64,000 bases of DNA from a virus (taxonomy: Duplodnaviria > Caudoviricetes), in the IMG/VR virus record IMGVR_UViG_3300021093_000004. One strand, written 5' to 3'. Of this stretch, positions 18,757 to 28,631 are shown piece after piece; the stretch's first letter is position 1, and every line of letters begins with the position of its first letter. The position numbers and the translations under genes were made by a program. The notes beneath the pieces were generated by a model. The model was not told where the DNA came from, ran no database searches, and saw nothing but the letters and a program-made list of their open reading frames with translations.

Positions 18757-20181
18757 ATGCCAACATCCATTATCATATACGCAACGAATCTGACTTATCT
18801 TGACAAGACCATTGATGGGATCTTGGATCAGACTCCCGCCAATCTTGTTCAGGAGATAGTCGTATACAATGCTGGTGGCTCAAATTATTCTCGTGACAAT
18901 GTTAGGGTTATCGCCGGAACGAACGTGGGAAGGGCACAAGCATGGAATCAGGCTATTGCTCAAACTACAGGCGATACGATTGTCTTTGTTAAGGGAACTA
19001 CGAAATTCGGGGTTGATTGGCTGCAACCTATATTAGAAATCCTGAAAGAAGAACCATCGGCACTGGTTACTCCGATTGTCCATGTTCTTGATACAACATT
19101 ATGGCTGTCAGAACCGAACAGATGGAAACGCTTTGGATGGAGATGGGACCTTGAATTGTACGACCGACCGTGTGTTGGTAGTCCAGATTCACCGGCAATT
19201 TCATCAAATTGCATTGCAGCAAACCGGGCATGGCTAACAGAAATTGGCCAATTTGATGATGGTATGGTTGTTGGTGCCGGAGAAGATCTCGAATTATCAA
19301 TTAGAAATTGGTTACTGGGTGGACATATATTCGTGGCTGACGAATCCACGGTGGCATGTGTGCACGAAGTGGACGCGGGATCTGGAACGATAAATAACCA
19401 TGCACGAATCGCAGAAGCATGGCTACAGAAGTACGCACATCTATTCTATAATCTGAAAGGCATAAAACCTTCCGAAGTTAATACCGGTCGGTTGAATAAT
19501 TTTTTACGATTTCGAGAAAAGCAAAAACATTCATTTGAATGGTACCTCTCAACTCAACTTCCTGAACTGTATGGAATTTATTCACTGAAAGGCACGGCGG
19601 CACAGAAACGCATTGCAGTTGTCGGGCCTGGATCGTCGCTCGATTATGTTGACAATGGCTATATTAATTCATTCGATATGATAATTGGTGTTGATTATGT
19701 CGGAAAGATATTCGATTGTGATTATATTGTGTCAGATTCGGCTACGGTGGTGACTGAGCTGCGGGCGACATATTCACCGACAAAATTCGTGTTACCAATG
19801 GCTATTAAAAACACAGTTATTGGAGAATACACTGCTACTTCGGAACTTGTCGAGGGTTCGCATCAATTTGAGTATGGCGTAAAAGGTGCACTACCTAAGG
19901 ATTTGAACCCGCCTTTCTGCAACTTTGGCAGTTCTCTTCTCGCGGCGATTCACTTTGCACTATTTCTTCAACCGAGTCAGATAACATTGTTTGGCTGCGA
20001 TAATAAATTAATTGGTGGAAGAAGCCATACAACGAAAATAGAATATTATGAAGATGGTAAGATTTGGCCGAATTCTGATAGTACCAGACGCAACTTGGCA
20101 TATTATGAGTTCGGCCTAGATCATTTGGGAAAACTTGGTAATTCTCACGGAATACCGATATTGAGAATCACACATGCATGA
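18757..20181 (+). CDS. GT-A (ppGalNAc-T/GT27-like) domain fused to a Maf/GT42-like domain
   Basis: DWLQPIL...LVTPIVHVLD, FDDGM...EDLELSIRNWLLGG, ARIAEAWL, SFEWYL...PEL; C-terminal IAVVGPGSSL...ITLFGCD. Confidence 0.7.
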   Translation: MPTSIIIYATNLTYLDKTIDGILDQTPANLVQEIVVYNAGGSNYSRDNVRVIAGTNVGRAQAWNQAIAQTTGDTIVFVKGTTKFGVDWLQPILEILKEEPSALVTPIVHVLDTTLWLSEPNRWKRFGWRWDLELYDRPCVGSPDSPAISSNCIAANRAWLTEIGQFDDGMVVGAGEDLELSIRNWLLGGHIFVADESTVACVHEVDAGSGTINNHARIAEAWLQKYAHLFYNLKGIKPSEVNTGRLNNFLRFREKQKHSFEWYLSTQLPELYGIYSLKGTAAQKRIAVVGPGSSLDYVDNGYINSFDMIIGVDYVGKIFDCDYIVSDSATVVTELRATYSPTKFVLPMAIKNTVIGEYTATSELVEGSHQFEYGVKGALPKDLNPPFCNFGSSLLAAIHFALFLQPSQITLFGCDNKLIGGRSHTTKIEYYEDGKIWPNSDSTRRNLAYYEFGLDHLGKLGNSHGIPILRITHA

Positions 20182-20473
20182 CGTATATGCAATATCGTTA
20201 ATTGTTATTGTTATGATTCTCGCTTGTGGTTCGTGGGTGATCTTGAACCGATTTATTGCGTTGGGCTATTATATTGCCGATATTTGGAAGTCTAAACAAC
20301 CATCTCAAATTATTCGCACATCTGGGGCTCTGCCTGATCTTTCAGAAGCTAAGAAACACAGGTCGTCTAAGGTGGAGGTCGAACAATTACCATTAGATGT
20401 ACTTGCACCCAGATTGAAAGATCCACCGAGATCTCCCGGTGGCTTTGGGAGCAGAGTGTCTGAGGATACGTAA
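20174..20473 (+). CDS. small membrane protein
   Basis: N-terminal hydrophobic helix, overlaps the previous stop. Confidence 0.65.
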   Translation: MHDVYAISLIVIVMILACGSWVILNRFIALGYYIADIWKSKQPSQIIRTSGALPDLSEAKKHRSSKVEVEQLPLDVLAPRLKDPPRSPGGFGSRVSEDT

Positions 20474-20485
20474 CATGAGTATCAC

Positions 20486-21880
20486 ATGGTGGAATTCAAG
20501 TACATCAAAAGATCAGCGTTGTCTTTGATTGAATTACTATGTGATTCAAGTAAGAAACCAGTTACGCTTGATGTTGAGCAGAAACCGGCCCCACCGGTTA
20601 CACGAAAAAGAGTTCGAGATCTTCCGACTAAAAAGAAACCACTCAATCAAATCGGTGAAACTCCGGTAATTCAACCACCCTCACCACCAACAGAACCAGA
20701 GTTAATTGCACGACCGACAGTCGAGTCTATTGAATTAATTGATAATGAATCCAAAGTATATAGACTCGGCGAGGTCTATACAGGTAGGAGAGTTATGATG
20801 AAGCACCTTGGACTCGATATTGGCACAAAAACTGTTGTGGTTGCGTTTCGCAACGGAGGCAAGGTTGATTATATCTCTGAGATTAATGGATATTGGCCGT
20901 TTGAACGAGCTACACCATTCGTCGAAAATATGCTCAACGATCCGAACAAAATTCGATCTGACGGGACACAACGTCCAGCGAGATGGATCAAGCTTGATTC
21001 CGGGCAGCTAGTCGTCCTTGGTCGAGACGCAGAAGAATTTGCGTATGCAAAGAACGATACTTTATTACGCCCGATGGCAGAAGGTGGTATCAGTCCGGAT
21101 GAAGAAGCATTGACGGTTCTTGCCAGTATCGTTCATGGGCTGCTTGAAACTGCTGAGCACGAACTCGGAAAATTTGAGGACGGTGTGCGTATATGCTATT
21201 GCACTACTGCCACCGCGATTAACAAGGACACGAATATTCAGTATCATGAACGTGTCGTCAATATGATTCTGGAGAGTTATAAGACTAAATCCAAGTTGAC
21301 TTACACGTCTGTGAAAGAGTCGCATGCGATTGTTCTGAATATGAGTGACGATGGAACCGGGATCGGTATATCGTGGGGTGCTGGAACTGTCACGGTTAGT
21401 TATGTCCGATACGGCATTGAGATCTATTCGTTTTGTTGGGTGGGGGCCGGTGACTGGATTGATGAGCAGGTCGCGATGCGACACGGTTACAATGTAGAAC
21501 GTTCAAAGACCAGAACCAAAGTTGCGAAAGAGACACCGACTACCGTCTCTAAACGAAAAATGGATGTTGATTTGACACCTGGGAAAGAACCTGAAGACCG
21601 TGTGGGTCTCGATATCGCATTGCACTATGATGTGTTGATTAGTCAAGTCATTGATGGGATTGTGTCTGGATTCAATGAACATGAATCTCAAGCACGAATC
21701 GATGGCGGTATTAATGTTTACATGGCGGGAGGCACATCATCTCCGAAGGGGTTTGCCAAACGGGTGGAACGAAAATTCGATGAGAAAAACCCACCGTTCG
21801 AAATCAATCTAATCACATGTCATGAGAAGCCGTTATATTGCGTGGCCGAAGGCTGCTTGAGAGCGGCTGAGATGAGTTAG
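20486..21880 (+). CDS. actin-fold (MreB/ParM-like) ATPase with Pro-rich N-terminal extension
   Basis: Phosphate-1 GLDIGTKTVV, LLRPMAEG, phosphate-2 GISWGAGTVTV, GAGDWID, adenosine MAGGTS, VAEGCL. Confidence 0.8.
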   Translation: MVEFKYIKRSALSLIELLCDSSKKPVTLDVEQKPAPPVTRKRVRDLPTKKKPLNQIGETPVIQPPSPPTEPELIARPTVESIELIDNESKVYRLGEVYTGRRVMMKHLGLDIGTKTVVVAFRNGGKVDYISEINGYWPFERATPFVENMLNDPNKIRSDGTQRPARWIKLDSGQLVVLGRDAEEFAYAKNDTLLRPMAEGGISPDEEALTVLASIVHGLLETAEHELGKFEDGVRICYCTTATAINKDTNIQYHERVVNMILESYKTKSKLTYTSVKESHAIVLNMSDDGTGIGISWGAGTVTVSYVRYGIEIYSFCWVGAGDWIDEQVAMRHGYNVERSKTRTKVAKETPTTVSKRKMDVDLTPGKEPEDRVGLDIALHYDVLISQVIDGIVSGFNEHESQARIDGGINVYMAGGTSSPKGFAKRVERKFDEKNPPFEINLITCHEKPLYCVAEGCLRAAEMS

Positions 21881-21934
21881 ACCGGATTTCCCATGTGATG
21901 TCTTCGGATTTCAATACCATCGCTTTATCGGTGA

Positions 21935-22678
21935 TTGGTAGTAACGATTGTGATGAAATCCATGTCTTCTTTACAAATCAAGTACGCTACTAAGGATGTT
22001 GTGGGATTCGTAGTCAACAGCGAGCTTTTCTATTTAAAATTCGGACCAAATATTCCACAATTGTTCGATGAATCTCTGTCTGGTCTCGTTATACCAAATC
22101 TCGATTCTTGGATTCAGTCAAAGACTCAACAGCGATATTCTTATCAATCACTGCGAGACATGGCGTTAGCGTTCCATGCGGGAATTTCTGCGGCTTATAA
22201 TCTCGACGATGTGCATACGTTGTGTGATTCAACTATTCAGTTCACAGTTCATGAAGTTAACCATAATAGTTTGATTTATGATTATTCTCTGATATATTGG
22301 ATCGAAATTCTTGGTCCGGATCAAATGGAGCTATATCTGAAAAAGATTAGGGACAACTTTGTCCGTATTCGTTCGCAGATTGGTGATGATAAATTATACA
22401 ATAATCTATGCCGAATGTATAAAACCTGTCTACGCCAGCAACCTCATAACGCCAATGTGTGTGAAAAACTTATTAAGCGTTTGGGCAGGATGCCGACAGA
22501 GCCGAGCTATCCTAAGACAGACGAGACCGATCAGCAGGTATTATTGAACACAAGAGAAGCTGTACGAAAGTCACTCGGCACGCACTATAAGAATATACCC
22601 GACCACATAGTAGAGGCTGTAAATGGTATACAAAGCGGAAGACTACCAAGGGCCGAAGGAATTCGTCCATCTTCATAA
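21935..22678 (+). CDS. hypothetical protein
   Basis: 247 aa ORF in a + strand operon; start uncertain. Confidence 0.65.
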   Translation: MVVTIVMKSMSSLQIKYATKDVVGFVVNSELFYLKFGPNIPQLFDESLSGLVIPNLDSWIQSKTQQRYSYQSLRDMALAFHAGISAAYNLDDVHTLCDSTIQFTVHEVNHNSLIYDYSLIYWIEILGPDQMELYLKKIRDNFVRIRSQIGDDKLYNNLCRMYKTCLRQQPHNANVCEKLIKRLGRMPTEPSYPKTDETDQQVLLNTREAVRKSLGTHYKNIPDHIVEAVNGIQSGRLPRAEGIRPSS

Positions 22679-24047
22679 TCATACGGTATTCTCCGCATTA
22701 GATGGCGTAGCCACTCCTGAGCAGTATGCCGAGCAATGCTATAAACGTGGATATCCGGCCATGAGTGCCACCGAGCATGGCCACATGGCATCTGTACCGG
22801 ACATGTACTTGGCATTTAAGAAATATAAGTTGAAATATATTCCCGGATGTGAGATTTATTTCAACGATTTCGAGCCAAAGAGACAAGAACTAGTCGCTCA
22901 AAAAGTGAAAATCCGCTCTCCTGAATGGCGGCAAGAAAACTTGGAGTTGGCCCAACGTATCGGTCGAAATCGACATCTCACTGTTCTATGTAAGAATGAA
23001 GTCGGTTTCCATAATCTAATAAAACTGACTACCCAGGCATATTCGACCGGACTGTTCGGACTGGGCCGAATACAATATAATCGAATCTGGTTTGATAAAT
23101 TGTGTGAATTCAAAGAAGGGCTTATTATTCTGTCTGGGTGCTTGAATGGCCCGGTGTGTCACGAACTGCGATATAAACAGTTGATGGACAGAGAAGGCAA
23201 TGTGCTGAAAGAACGCACTAAGAACGAACGTGTTCTCGATGCTGTTCGTTGGATTAAGAAATTCAAAGAGGCATTTGGAGAAGATTATTTTATCGAACTT
23301 CAAATGCCCGGAATCGAGGGTGACGACGTAATATTTCGTAACCTCGTCGATCTTGCCGATAGGTTCAAAATTCCGCTGGTACTCGCTAATGATTGCCATT
23401 ATCTGGGCCGCGAAGACTTCATTATTCAGAAAGTGATGATGGCTATTGAGCAGGAGACTACTGTTGACTCGCCTGACCTGTTTCATGTCAATAGCGACGA
23501 ACAATATATGAAGACCCGCGAAGAGCTGTGGGCCAGATTTAAGAACAATGGATATTCAAACGGGGTCGATGATCGAGTCTTTGAGCAGATGTGTGACAAT
23601 ACTCTGTTGGTTGCCGAGCGATGCCGTTCGCTTGATGTCGACATGTCCCCGAAGATTCCAGAAATAAACCGTGCTGACGATGAATTGAAACGAATCACTG
23701 CGGTTCGCTTGAAGCAGCTTGGATTGGATAAGAACCCTAAGCGATTTCTGATTGATGGGCGTGAAGTCACATATGTCGAGCAAGCGAAAATCGAACTTCA
23801 GCGGTTCATCGATAAGGGTTTCGCCAGTTACTTTTTAATCACACGCGATCTGGTAAGATATGGCCGATCTAAAGGTTGGCCGTTTAGCCCTCGTGGTAGT
23901 GCTGGTGGTTCACTGGTGTGTTACCTGCTTGGTATACATGTTATAGACCCCATGCTGTGGAATTTGTCATTCGACAGGTTTTTGTCGCCAAGTCGCGGCG
24001 GTTACATGCTAAATGTAACTATGCCGAAAGAGGAGTACATAAGTTAA
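22623..24047 (+). CDS. dnaE: DNA polymerase III alpha-like, N-terminal part (PHP domain plus RGS segment)
   Basis: HLHNHT..S.LDG, TEHG, GCEIY, SGCL, NDCHY, RGSAGGSLVCYLLGI, FDRFLSPSR; ends before PDIDxD. Confidence 0.9.
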   Translation: MVYKAEDYQGPKEFVHLHNHTVFSALDGVATPEQYAEQCYKRGYPAMSATEHGHMASVPDMYLAFKKYKLKYIPGCEIYFNDFEPKRQELVAQKVKIRSPEWRQENLELAQRIGRNRHLTVLCKNEVGFHNLIKLTTQAYSTGLFGLGRIQYNRIWFDKLCEFKEGLIILSGCLNGPVCHELRYKQLMDREGNVLKERTKNERVLDAVRWIKKFKEAFGEDYFIELQMPGIEGDDVIFRNLVDLADRFKIPLVLANDCHYLGREDFIIQKVMMAIEQETTVDSPDLFHVNSDEQYMKTREELWARFKNNGYSNGVDDRVFEQMCDNTLLVAERCRSLDVDMSPKIPEINRADDELKRITAVRLKQLGLDKNPKRFLIDGREVTYVEQAKIELQRFIDKGFASYFLITRDLVRYGRSKGWPFSPRGSAGGSLVCYLLGIHVIDPMLWNLSFDRFLSPSRGGYMLNVTMPKEEYIS

Positions 24048-24076
24048 CCCAACTGCCTTTTTAGGATGTACACTTT

Positions 24077-24619
24077 ATGAGTGCCGAATTTCCAAGATTG
24101 CCCGATGATCAGCCAAACATTTTGACAGAAGCAGAGTCTGGGCCTGAAGTCTTGGAAGTGGATTTGGGGACGTATCCGGGATTTATTAGTCAGGCGGCGT
24201 TGCAAGAATTAAAACACTCGATTCGTATGCACCTGATTCTTATGGCCGGGCCATCACAACAACTGTGTTCGTTTCTGATCAAGACCATTGACTTTTTTGA
24301 AGATTCGGACGAGGCACGCCGCGACAGGGAAATGCTCTCGCTGAGCTTCCATATCATTGAAGGTCTCGCTCTGTTCGTTCAGCAATCTGTGGACGAACGG
24401 GCAGACAAAGCGAAAGCGATGAATCAAGAATTCCCTCAGAGAATCAGGTTGGCTTCTGATAATATCCTGGTCATGGTCGGCAAGAGCCGTAATCTTGATG
24501 ATCGGGTCGCAGCCAAGTACGCGGTGTTGAGAACTGTCGCGGACGCATTACGAGAATTGGCTACATTCACGAAGGCTGTGTACCCACAAATCATTGATGC
24601 ATCTGGTAATGTTTTATGA
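24077..24619 (+). CDS. hypothetical protein
   Basis: 180 aa ATG ORF in operon. Confidence 0.7.
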   Translation: MSAEFPRLPDDQPNILTEAESGPEVLEVDLGTYPGFISQAALQELKHSIRMHLILMAGPSQQLCSFLIKTIDFFEDSDEARRDREMLSLSFHIIEGLALFVQQSVDERADKAKAMNQEFPQRIRLASDNILVMVGKSRNLDDRVAAKYAVLRTVADALRELATFTKAVYPQIIDASGNVL

Positions 24620-25080
24620 AATTCACCATCTTCTGCGATGTTGTTGTAAAGGACGAAGGTCAGGCCACTCAAATGGCGGGATGTGGTGTCGCCATTATCG
24701 CTGAAGAAGGTGCACGATCGAAAAAACGATCATACTCGTTCGGTCTTGGTGGTTCTGATACCGAACTATCTAATATCCAGGTTGTCAGGCTTGCATTAGC
24801 ATCGGTGCTGCCGCCGTTTCGCAAGTCTGAAGTTCTTCTGCATGTCACTGACAGAAGAGCGATCGATCTTTTGGCCCGGTCTGGGGCTGATTATAGTATA
24901 ACGCCTGACAAATATCAAGTCGAAATCGCTGAATTGCGAAAATGGTATAAGTATTATTCCAATATCACATTTATCCTTGATGCCAGTGCTGATAAAAATA
25001 TCATTGAAGCCCATGGTTTGGCAACTGCTGCTTGCCAGACTCAGAAGAATACTGATTCTAACACCATTGATATCTCGTAG
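24616..25080 (+). CDS. RNase H-like fold protein, degenerate
   Basis: FTIFCD, GCGVAII, LALASV, LLHVTD, AHGLATAA follow the RNase HI layout, but the Glu and last Asp equivalents are not evident. Confidence 0.5.
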   Translation: MKFTIFCDVVVKDEGQATQMAGCGVAIIAEEGARSKKRSYSFGLGGSDTELSNIQVVRLALASVLPPFRKSEVLLHVTDRRAIDLLARSGADYSITPDKYQVEIAELRKWYKYYSNITFILDASADKNIIEAHGLATAACQTQKNTDSNTIDIS

Positions 25081-25129
25081 TGTTGAAATAGCGACATGAT
25101 TCGCTTTATCGAGATTGATTGAGGATTAA

Positions 25130-25900
25130 ATGTCTCTTGAAGTTAAATTGACTAGCATACGAGTTAATAAAAGTCGAAAGATTAATGATGTAGATGTAAA
25201 ACGAGACAGCGAAGAAATCTATAATATTGATGGAACAGAATACTCACTCGATGGTGCTGTAGAATATTTGTCATCCAAAAAATCGCATAATCCCGGCGAA
25301 ATCGCCTATTCAAAGACTGCGTTTTTGTTGGTAGAACCTCCTTCACGGGTAATCTCTGCGCATCAAGCCAAGAATCGGCAGGACCACAAGGCATTAATTG
25401 CCAAAGCGAATGTAAAAGGATTATATCTATATTATGCGGACGTGAAATGTAGAGATGGGAAATATTATGCCGTCAAACCATGGATAGTCGATTGGGAGAC
25501 CGTCCCTGAACACCCAGAAGAAATTGCGAAACGCGAGGCCCAACAGGAGAAAAAGAAGGCAAAGGAAGCAACAAAAGAGGTACCTGAAACGCCAGAACAA
25601 GACTCGCTTACATGCCCGTATTGCTCCAAACGTATGTCAAGTACATCTGGCTTGACGCTTCATATAAAATCCAAACATCCGGATAAATTAAACCAGCATC
25701 AAACAAGCACGATGCTGGATGAAGACGACGTGGTAAGTCGTGCGTCTGAAGTGGAAGAAGTCGGACAATCACAGAGTCTCGATAGTCTTCAATGTCCGTT
25801 TTGTGATAAAAAGATGACCAGCACTCCTGGCAGAACTCTGCATATTAAAAGCAAGCATCCAGAGCGATTAGCGGAATATTTGGAGATGGATCGTGACTGA
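25130..25900 (+). CDS. protein with two C2H2 zinc fingers
   Basis: CPYCSKRMSSTSGLTLHIKSKHP and CPFCDKKMTSTPGRTLHIKSKHP. Confidence 0.8.
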   Translation: MSLEVKLTSIRVNKSRKINDVDVKRDSEEIYNIDGTEYSLDGAVEYLSSKKSHNPGEIAYSKTAFLLVEPPSRVISAHQAKNRQDHKALIAKANVKGLYLYYADVKCRDGKYYAVKPWIVDWETVPEHPEEIAKREAQQEKKKAKEATKEVPETPEQDSLTCPYCSKRMSSTSGLTLHIKSKHPDKLNQHQTSTMLDEDDVVSRASEVEEVGQSQSLDSLQCPFCDKKMTSTPGRTLHIKSKHPERLAEYLEMDRD

Positions 25901-28631
25901 CACATGGGAACAGCTAGAATCACTTGCCCGATCCGCATTAGAGAAACGCGGACTGAATGGCGTGTATAGCGAACGTCTCGATTTCGAACTCAAAGAGATC
26001 GATAAGCAAGGTGCGAATGCTTATTGGCTTGCACTGGTGTCTGCTGATAAAAAGTTTAAGTCCAATCCGAGCATGCTGGTATTGCCATGGTTGTTGGGAA
26101 TGGTTCAAGATGACCCCATTGCCAATCGTAAGGAACCGATGCTGTGCAGTGTGCGTGCGTCGGTGGTCAAAGAGCATTTGCGAACGCACGGCAAAATCCC
26201 ATCGGATCTGATTAAAGATCAGGACATGCCGGATATTGACCTCGATTGCTTGCCGGAAGCACGAGACCCGATTAAAGAATATGCAATGGAGCAATATGGG
26301 GTCGGATTGAATGATGATGGTTACGGTCCTGTGTGTAGTGTCGGCACGTGGCAGACATATAAATTCAAATCGGCGATCATGGACGTGTCAAAAGCTCTGG
26401 AAGCTGTTGATCCGGCAAGAGTTTTCGAACTAACCAAGAAACTACCGGAAGACGTAGACAATCTTAAAGATGGCGGATATGCTGCGTGCAAGAACCGCGT
26501 TATCGATGGAATTACTAATCAAGAAAAAGAATGTGGGACAGTTCACGATCAAGCTGTGTGTCCGTCGTGTGGGTCATCGGACACTGATGCTCCCACTATT
26601 GGTAAGCTTTTGCAAGAACACGCTGATTTAGCTGCGTTCAATCGGCTTTTTCCAACAGTTATAGACTATGCAGTGAAACTAGTTGGGCGTATCCGAAATA
26701 TGGGTATGCACGCCGGGGCGTTGATTATCGCCGATCGAACGTTGTATGGCAATATTCCACTCGCGAAGAATAGCAATCGTGGATACTGGGTGTCGATGTG
26801 GACAGAAGGCAGAAATACTCAACTGTCGAAATTTGGATATTGCAAATGGGACGTTCTTGGATTAAAGACTCTTGAATATATCTTCAGATGCTCTCAGCTT
26901 ATTGAACAAAATCGCGGTATTACATTTGGTCCAAATGCCGAAGGCTGGGATGATATTGACCCTCTTCAAAATCGTGCGGGGCATTATTTTGATGGCTGTG
27001 GGAAAAAGTGCTACATCAATCTGAATGATCCACACGCTCTCAAACTTGCTAACGAGCAGAAGACTGATGCTGTTTTCCAATTTGATACCGATCTAGCCAA
27101 AAGTTTTTTGGCACACGGTGTCCGGCATTTTAATGACTTGATGTTGATAAACGCTATGGGCCACCCTGGGCCGATGGCATCGATTCCTGAAGCAATGCAA
27201 AATCGAGATGATAAGAAGGCATTGTGGAAACAGAAGCTTCATCCGGATATCTTGCAAGTTCTCGAAGACACTTATGGGGTTATTGTCTATCAAGAGCAGT
27301 TGCAGGCCATATGGCAACGCTTGGCTGGGTTCACCGCGCCGGAAGCTCAGGAAGCCCGGAAAGCTGTTGCTAAAAAATGGGCACATAAATTGAAGCCGAT
27401 TCGGGCTAAATGGATCGATGGTGCCTCGAAAACTCTTGGTCGTGCTGAAGCCGAATTATGGTGGACCAAGATGGAAACGTTCGGGCGATATGCATTCAAT
27501 AAATCTCACTCTGTGTCATATTGTTTAGTGGCTCTTCGCTGTTTATGGTTAAAGGCCCATTTCGCTCCGGAGTTTTGGGCTGCGGTGATGAGCGATTGTC
27601 ATCCGGATAAACTGGTTAGGTATATGAGTGTTGCTCGTGCCGAAGACTGGCACCCGACTGATATCACGTATTCCGGGCGTGCTCCGAAAGTGCGAGCCAA
27701 AGGCATCACATTTGGAACGTTGAACATTGATAATCTCACCGTCAATTATACTGTTACTGATGATATTGTCAATCAGGGACTCATTGGAATTAAAAAAGTC
27801 GGTGACAAAGCTGCTGAAGTATTCGCCGGTCGTGGTAATTGGACTAGCATCGATGAATTTGTTGAGTCGTCAGAAGGCAGACGAAATAAGACTGTTTTAG
27901 AGCGATTCATCAAACTTGGCGCGTTCGGTTCAATTAAGGGTCATGAAAATTCTCAAGCATTGTGGCAGTGGTACCAATACCAATATTGCTCTGGTGTGAC
28001 TGCATTGAGGACGGAAATTCGGCAGAAACTACTGGCCGAAGATGGTTGGAATGACAAGACCATCAATGAGGAACGGAATCGACAGATTGACGAATATAAG
28101 CGTCAATTTCCGAATCGTCGTAAAATTCCGCCTAAATTCAATAATTGGGTACCTAAGCCTGACGACACCCGCGAACGAGTAATGGCGTTGTATCGGGAAG
28201 ACTTTAGCCAAGCCGAGAAACTTGCGTTTCAGAAAGAATTTTTGGGCTATTATCTTGACTCACCTTTGGAATTGTTTGCTATTCGCGGTGGATGCACTAT
28301 CAAAGATGCAAAAGCTGCGTGCATTGCTGGTGCTGAAGATGCTCATCTTGAGGTCATGGTGGTTGACCAACAGTTTGCGACTACGAAACCGCGTGACGGT
28401 CGAAGTGGGTCACAATATGTCAAACTGACTGTGACAGATGGCATTCAACGAACCATGATATTTATATGGAATAATGAATTATCTTGTCAAGATCCTCAAA
28501 ATTTGGTCGAAGGTGCAGGCATCCGCATGCGAGTACGATACGACAAGCAGCGTGGCACATTCAGTATGTGTCATGGTTCGAATATAATTAGCTTACGTCG
28601 CTATCAAGAAGACGAAAATGCAACTACCTGA
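25893..28631 (+). CDS. dnaE: DNA polymerase III alpha-like, C-terminal catalytic part
   Basis: MPDIDLD, GMHAGALII, KWDVLGLKTL, VFQF, YGVIVYQEQ, FGRYAFNKSHSVSY, EFLGYYL, C-terminal OB-like region. Confidence 0.93.
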   Translation: MTDTWEQLESLARSALEKRGLNGVYSERLDFELKEIDKQGANAYWLALVSADKKFKSNPSMLVLPWLLGMVQDDPIANRKEPMLCSVRASVVKEHLRTHGKIPSDLIKDQDMPDIDLDCLPEARDPIKEYAMEQYGVGLNDDGYGPVCSVGTWQTYKFKSAIMDVSKALEAVDPARVFELTKKLPEDVDNLKDGGYAACKNRVIDGITNQEKECGTVHDQAVCPSCGSSDTDAPTIGKLLQEHADLAAFNRLFPTVIDYAVKLVGRIRNMGMHAGALIIADRTLYGNIPLAKNSNRGYWVSMWTEGRNTQLSKFGYCKWDVLGLKTLEYIFRCSQLIEQNRGITFGPNAEGWDDIDPLQNRAGHYFDGCGKKCYINLNDPHALKLANEQKTDAVFQFDTDLAKSFLAHGVRHFNDLMLINAMGHPGPMASIPEAMQNRDDKKALWKQKLHPDILQVLEDTYGVIVYQEQLQAIWQRLAGFTAPEAQEARKAVAKKWAHKLKPIRAKWIDGASKTLGRAEAELWWTKMETFGRYAFNKSHSVSYCLVALRCLWLKAHFAPEFWAAVMSDCHPDKLVRYMSVARAEDWHPTDITYSGRAPKVRAKGITFGTLNIDNLTVNYTVTDDIVNQGLIGIKKVGDKAAEVFAGRGNWTSIDEFVESSEGRRNKTVLERFIKLGAFGSIKGHENSQALWQWYQYQYCSGVTALRTEIRQKLLAEDGWNDKTINEERNRQIDEYKRQFPNRRKIPPKFNNWVPKPDDTRERVMALYREDFSQAEKLAFQKEFLGYYLDSPLELFAIRGGCTIKDAKAACIAGAEDAHLEVMVVDQQFATTKPRDGRSGSQYVKLTVTDGIQRTMIFIWNNELSCQDPQNLVEGAGIRMRVRYDKQRGTFSMCHGSNIISLRRYQEDENATT

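Noticed and set aside
24000-26250. Split intein or intron in dnaE
   Set aside because: No Cys/Ser-initiated intein N-part, no His-Asn C-terminal motif, and the duplicated segment argues against simple interruption
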